Below are positions 48,285 to 50,983 of a stretch of 50,983 nt of DNA, in pieces. The DNA is from a virus. Lineage: Duplodnaviria; Caudoviricetes. The notes beneath the pieces are model-generated. The model made no database searches and was not told the origin of the DNA. It saw only the letters and a program-made list of their open reading frames with translations. The position numbers and the translations under genes are program-made. How positions within the stretch are numbered: position 1 is the stretch's first letter; every line of letters starts with the position of its first letter. Location of the stretch: the IMG/VR virus record IMGVR_UViG_3300034411_000277, positions 1-50,983 of that record. One strand, given 5' to 3'.

Positions 48285-48522
48285 AACGTTAATCTATTCA
48301 GTTGTACTTTATATAGGACACTTAGCAAAAGGGTGGGCGTAGCCCCTAGGGTACTAAAAAGGGTTCGCCACCAAAAAAAGAAGACCTCTAAGCACCCAAT
48401 GTACCGTATAAGACTCTAAGACCCCTCTATATGCCTCTGTAAGACCTCTACAATCAGTCTCATATGGAATACTCCCCTCGTGGAACACCAAGCGTCTGAG
48501 AGCGTCTATGTGTTATTTCTTA

Positions 48523-49512
48523 TTACTCAAAGAAACTGGTGAGCGTCCCCTGACTGTTAAGCTCTTCTACGCCCTCCGTAGCTAATCTAATACTATCTGG
48601 GTTAATGTCCATGGTAACGCAATTTCTTCCTAAAGAGTACGCGGCAATAGCTGTAGTACCTGATCCACAGAAAGGATCTAAGACCCAACCATCTGTAGGG
48701 CAAGAAGACTTGATGATTCTCTCTAATAACTTCAAAGGCTTCTGTGTGGGATACTTCCTCTTATTAGCTTCTGAACGAGATATAAAGTATACATCATCCC
48801 AGAGGTTCTGAACGGGTACTCCCTTACTCTCATCCAAGTAGATCTTCTTATATAAGTTATTGCTACCAAAGTGTATCCTCCCGTCTGCATCCAGCCCTGC
48901 GAGCATCTCCTCACTGATACGGAAACCATATACTGGATTGTACCCTTTATACTCAAAGCGGCGACAAGGGCGACTCTTCTCTCCAGAGACCTTAGCGAGA
49001 GCATAGAAACCTTTAGAGTCCTTATTCTTAAAGGAATTCTTTTCATACTTAGCATCTAAGTCAGTATACTCAACCTCAAAGTAAGGGGAACCTTTACGGA
49101 GTACCATAATGGAATCTACGATATTACCCCAACCATTCTTGATATTATTCTTAGGACCTGAACGCTTCCAAGAGATATTCGTGTAATAACACCGACGAAT
49201 CTCTTTGGGTAGTTCAGCAAGTACAAGTGCATTACCTTCGAAGTTATTATGCAAGTACATCCAGCTATTCTTATTCATTTTAGACCAAGCAGACTGGATG
49301 ATATCTGCATACCACTCGATGTACTCCTCAAAGCTGTTCCACTGGTCCTGGAAGCCCTTCTGAGTGCCGTCTTCCTCTACCATGGTGAAATCCCTCATCA
49401 AACCAAACGGAGGGTCCATATAGACCATATCGAAGCTCTCAGTGAGTGTGCTGATTTCCTCTGCTGGTTGCTGAATGATCTTAGAGACAGGCATAGGGAG
49501 AGACTCATTCAC
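48523..49512 (-). CDS. Site-specific DNA amino-methyltransferase, beta class (N6-adenine or N4-cytosine)
   Basis: Motif IV YMDPPF near the N-terminus; YPTQKP..LLERII and motif I VLDPFCGSGTT near the C-terminus. Confidence 0.93.
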   Translation of the reverse strand: MNESLPMPVSKIIQQPAEEISTLTESFDMVYMDPPFGLMRDFTMVEEDGTQKGFQDQWNSFEEYIEWYADIIQSAWSKMNKNSWMYLHNNFEGNALVLAELPKEIRRCYYTNISWKRSGPKNNIKNGWGNIVDSIMVLRKGSPYFEVEYTDLDAKYEKNSFKNKDSKGFYALAKVSGEKSRPCRRFEYKGYNPVYGFRISEEMLAGLDADGRIHFGSNNLYKKIYLDESKGVPVQNLWDDVYFISRSEANKRKYPTQKPLKLLERIIKSSCPTDGWVLDPFCGSGTTAIAAYSLGRNCVTMDINPDSIRLATEGVEELNSQGTLTSFFE

Positions 49513-49522
49513 GTTTCAAAGC

Positions 49523-49531
49523 ATTATAACA
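49523..49531 (-). promoter_or_regulatory. Extended -10 sigma70-type promoter for the methyltransferase
   Basis: TGT-TATAAT on the minus strand, 10 nt before the GTG start. Confidence 0.6.
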
Positions 49532-49578
49532 CATCTTACAGTAACTCGCTTCGCTCGTTGTGAGCTTTGCTCACTGGC

Positions 49579-49607
49579 TTGACAAGTGTCTGTATTATGT
49601 GTAGACT
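49579..49607 (+). promoter_or_regulatory. Sigma70-type promoter facing right
   Basis: TTGACA (49579-49584), 17-nt spacer, TAGACT (49602-49607). Confidence 0.8.
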
Positions 49608-49613
49608 AGCCTT

Positions 49614-49756
49614 GTGGAGGTTGATAAGACACCTTTAAGTTCTTTGAGATTAATAGGTACTTTTTAGAGTACTAAATAGCTTTGTCGCTTTTGGCTCTAA
49701 GACATTAAGACTTAAAAGAGATCCCCTGGGGCTTTGGGTACCTGGGGGATTTTTTT
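49614..49756 (+). ncRNA. Candidate ~140-nt non-coding RNA
   Basis: Bounded by the promoter above and a plus-strand terminator; no substantial ORF; 5' end estimated from the -10 box. Confidence 0.5.
49721..49756 (+). terminator. Intrinsic terminator on the plus strand
   Basis: ATCCCCTGGG...CCTGGGGGAT then a T run; two G-U pairs form only on the plus strand. Confidence 0.75.
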
Positions 49757-49938
49757 ATGGGGCTCTTATTGAGAACTCGGAATAATATAGAGTCAACTCT
49801 GAGAGCGTAGAGATCCCTGGGAGAATTTTTTAAGTAGCGATAAGTATAGGTCGCTGTTTACTTTTATAGCTTACGAGAAGGTACTTTTTTATATACGGGG
49901 TAACGCCGCCCACCATCGATGGACCGCAACGCCATATC

Positions 49939-49982
49939 ACTGTCGATCACGAACGAATGGGATGACTGCCGATCACGAACGA
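49939..49982. repeat. 18-bp direct repeat, two copies
   Basis: actg(t/c)cgatcacgaacga at 49939-49956 and 49965-49982. Confidence 0.85.
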
Positions 49983-49990
49983 TGAGCCAT

Positions 49991-50017
49991 AAAGAAAGCC
50001 CCCCTTAGCGGGAGGCT
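49991..50017 (-). terminator. Terminator closing the early-type gene block
   Basis: AGCCTCCC-GCTAA-GGGGGGCT-TTCTTT on the minus strand. Confidence 0.75.
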
Positions 50018-50024
50018 GTGATTC

Positions 50025-50195
50025 TTAGTTGATTGGAGCGGGGGCTAAGAGCACGGTGTTGTCAGCATCGGAGCCAGTGACGAACCATTCACAGAATTCA
50101 GCAAAGAGAGCGTCGCAGTCATCGTATCGTTCCTGCTGCTCTAGCTCTGCAACGCGTGAACGGAGCCAGATGAGTTGTTCGTTGATGTCGAGCAT
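50025..50195 (-). CDS. Small acidic early-type protein, 56 aa (absent from ORF track)
   Basis: MLDINEQLIWLRSRVAELEQQERYDDCDALFAEFCEWFVTGSDADNTVLLAPAPIN; preceded by TAAACT and a CATACCAAACAAACGAAC leader. Confidence 0.75.
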   Translation of the reverse strand: MLDINEQLIWLRSRVAELEQQERYDDCDALFAEFCEWFVTGSDADNTVLLAPAPIN

Positions 50196-50255
50196 GTTCG
50201 TTTGTTTGGTATGCTTTAGTTTAGAACGGATTGGGCTGAGTGCCGTGAGCTTGGA

Positions 50256-50483
50256 TCAGTTGAGCAATTGGTTGTCAAGCACGCTGTTAGCGTATTGCCC
50301 GTAGCTCAGTGACTCATCAATGAAGAGGTGGCGGATGTAGAAACGAACCTGATCACGGAGGCGGACGGTATGGGCTGAGACTGATCCAGACTTCCAGGCG
50401 ATCTGAGTTCTACGGGGGGTGAGCACGATGGCGTCAACGGCTGAGGAGTAATACTCTGTATCGATGAAGATGGAAGGGGTCAT
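50256..50483 (-). CDS. Hypothetical early-type protein
   Basis: 75 aa, SSAVDAI......QIAWKSG...S.GQ.AN pattern, loosely reminiscent of KTSC-like domains. Confidence 0.65.
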   Translation of the reverse strand: MTPSIFIDTEYYSSAVDAIVLTPRRTQIAWKSGSVSAHTVRLRDQVRFYIRHLFIDESLSYGQYANSVLDNQLLN

Positions 50484-50532
50484 TGAAAATAAAAAATGAT
50501 TTGGATGGGGTGGGGGCAGAGCCCCCGGTGAG

Positions 50533-50775
50533 TCAGTTGCTGATCTTGGTCACTAGTGCGTCTTGACTGATCAGGTAGGCTTTGACTTCCTCGATGGCTG
50601 GAATCACATTCTCTTTGAGGCGGAGGGTATATTCTCTGATCCAGGTCTGGGCTGCTGGATTGTTGGTGCCGTGCAAATCAACAATCAAACCGGCAAGGCG
50701 ATTCTTGACTCCCTCTAGGCGGTCTAGTTCGCGAACTGCGTTTTGAGTGGTTTGAGTGAATGAGAGGCGGGTCAT
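50533..50775 (-). CDS. Hypothetical early-type protein
   Basis: Start set at MTRLSF (50775), downstream of TATACT and a CATACCAAACGAACCAAACC leader. Confidence 0.7.
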   Translation of the reverse strand: MTRLSFTQTTQNAVRELDRLEGVKNRLAGLIVDLHGTNNPAAQTWIREYTLRLKENVIPAIEEVKAYLISQDALVTKISN

Positions 50776-50821
50776 TGGTTTGGTTCGTTTGGTATGAATA
50801 AAGTATAGAGCCAATGGCGGC

Positions 50822-50983
50822 TCAATCCTCACACCTTATGCCAGAGCATGGATTGGCTAAGCTGGCGGTCTTGCCCTCATGCCCGTACGTTGCAGCAAAG
50901 CGAGCGGCGATGGTTTGGGCGTCTTGCCCTTGGGCTGGTCCAAAGTGAACCTCTAGAGCGGCATCGCATCCCTCATAGATTGA
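50822..50983 (-). CDS. Possible 3' end of a gene entering from outside the window
   Basis: Stop-free frame SIYEGCDAALEVHFGPAQ...CED* from the window edge; no recognisable motif. Confidence 0.35.
   Translation of the reverse strand, partial: SIYEGCDAALEVHFGPAQGQDAQTIAARFAATYGHEGKTASLANPCSGIRCED

Noticed and set aside
50029-50304. Plus-strand 91-aa ORF
   Set aside because: It is antisense to two better-supported minus-strand genes that have a leader motif and a terminator.
1-50983. Stop-codon reassignment or tRNA genes
   Set aside because: Core genes translate full length in the standard code, TAA, TGA and TAG all end genes, and no cloverleaf was recognised by eye.

Overview
The window is the virion morphogenesis module of a T4-like cyanomyovirus (Kyanoviridae-type). 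Nearly all genes are on the minus strand. In transcription order: small early-type genes, an orphan beta-class DNA methyltransferase, several small ORFs and a GT-A-like protein, then g25, g6, a giant 5469-aa g7, g8, a 2393-aa VrlC/DUF4815-like protein, g13-g16, an accessory g16-g17 interval, g17-g23, g3 and uvsY. Late promoters (TAAATA/TATAAATA) and intrinsic terminators punctuate the module. The most striking signal is in gp7 (aa ~3358-4788). About 15 copies of a ~95-aa domain appear nested inside one another rather than in tandem: seven N-halves, a 3-domain tip and seven C-halves, then four N-halves and four C-halves. This predicts a two-armed, out-and-back stalk. Other notable signals are a promoter-and-terminator-bounded, ORF-free ~140-nt plus-strand transcript beside a repeat-rich gap (candidate ncRNA/origin), late promoters embedded in inverted repeats, a terminator-like hairpin that hides the g17 Shine-Dalgarno, and a twice-repeated GC-GNA-GC mini-hairpin element. 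Product calls rest on motif recognition and gene order; no searches were run, so novelty is unverified.
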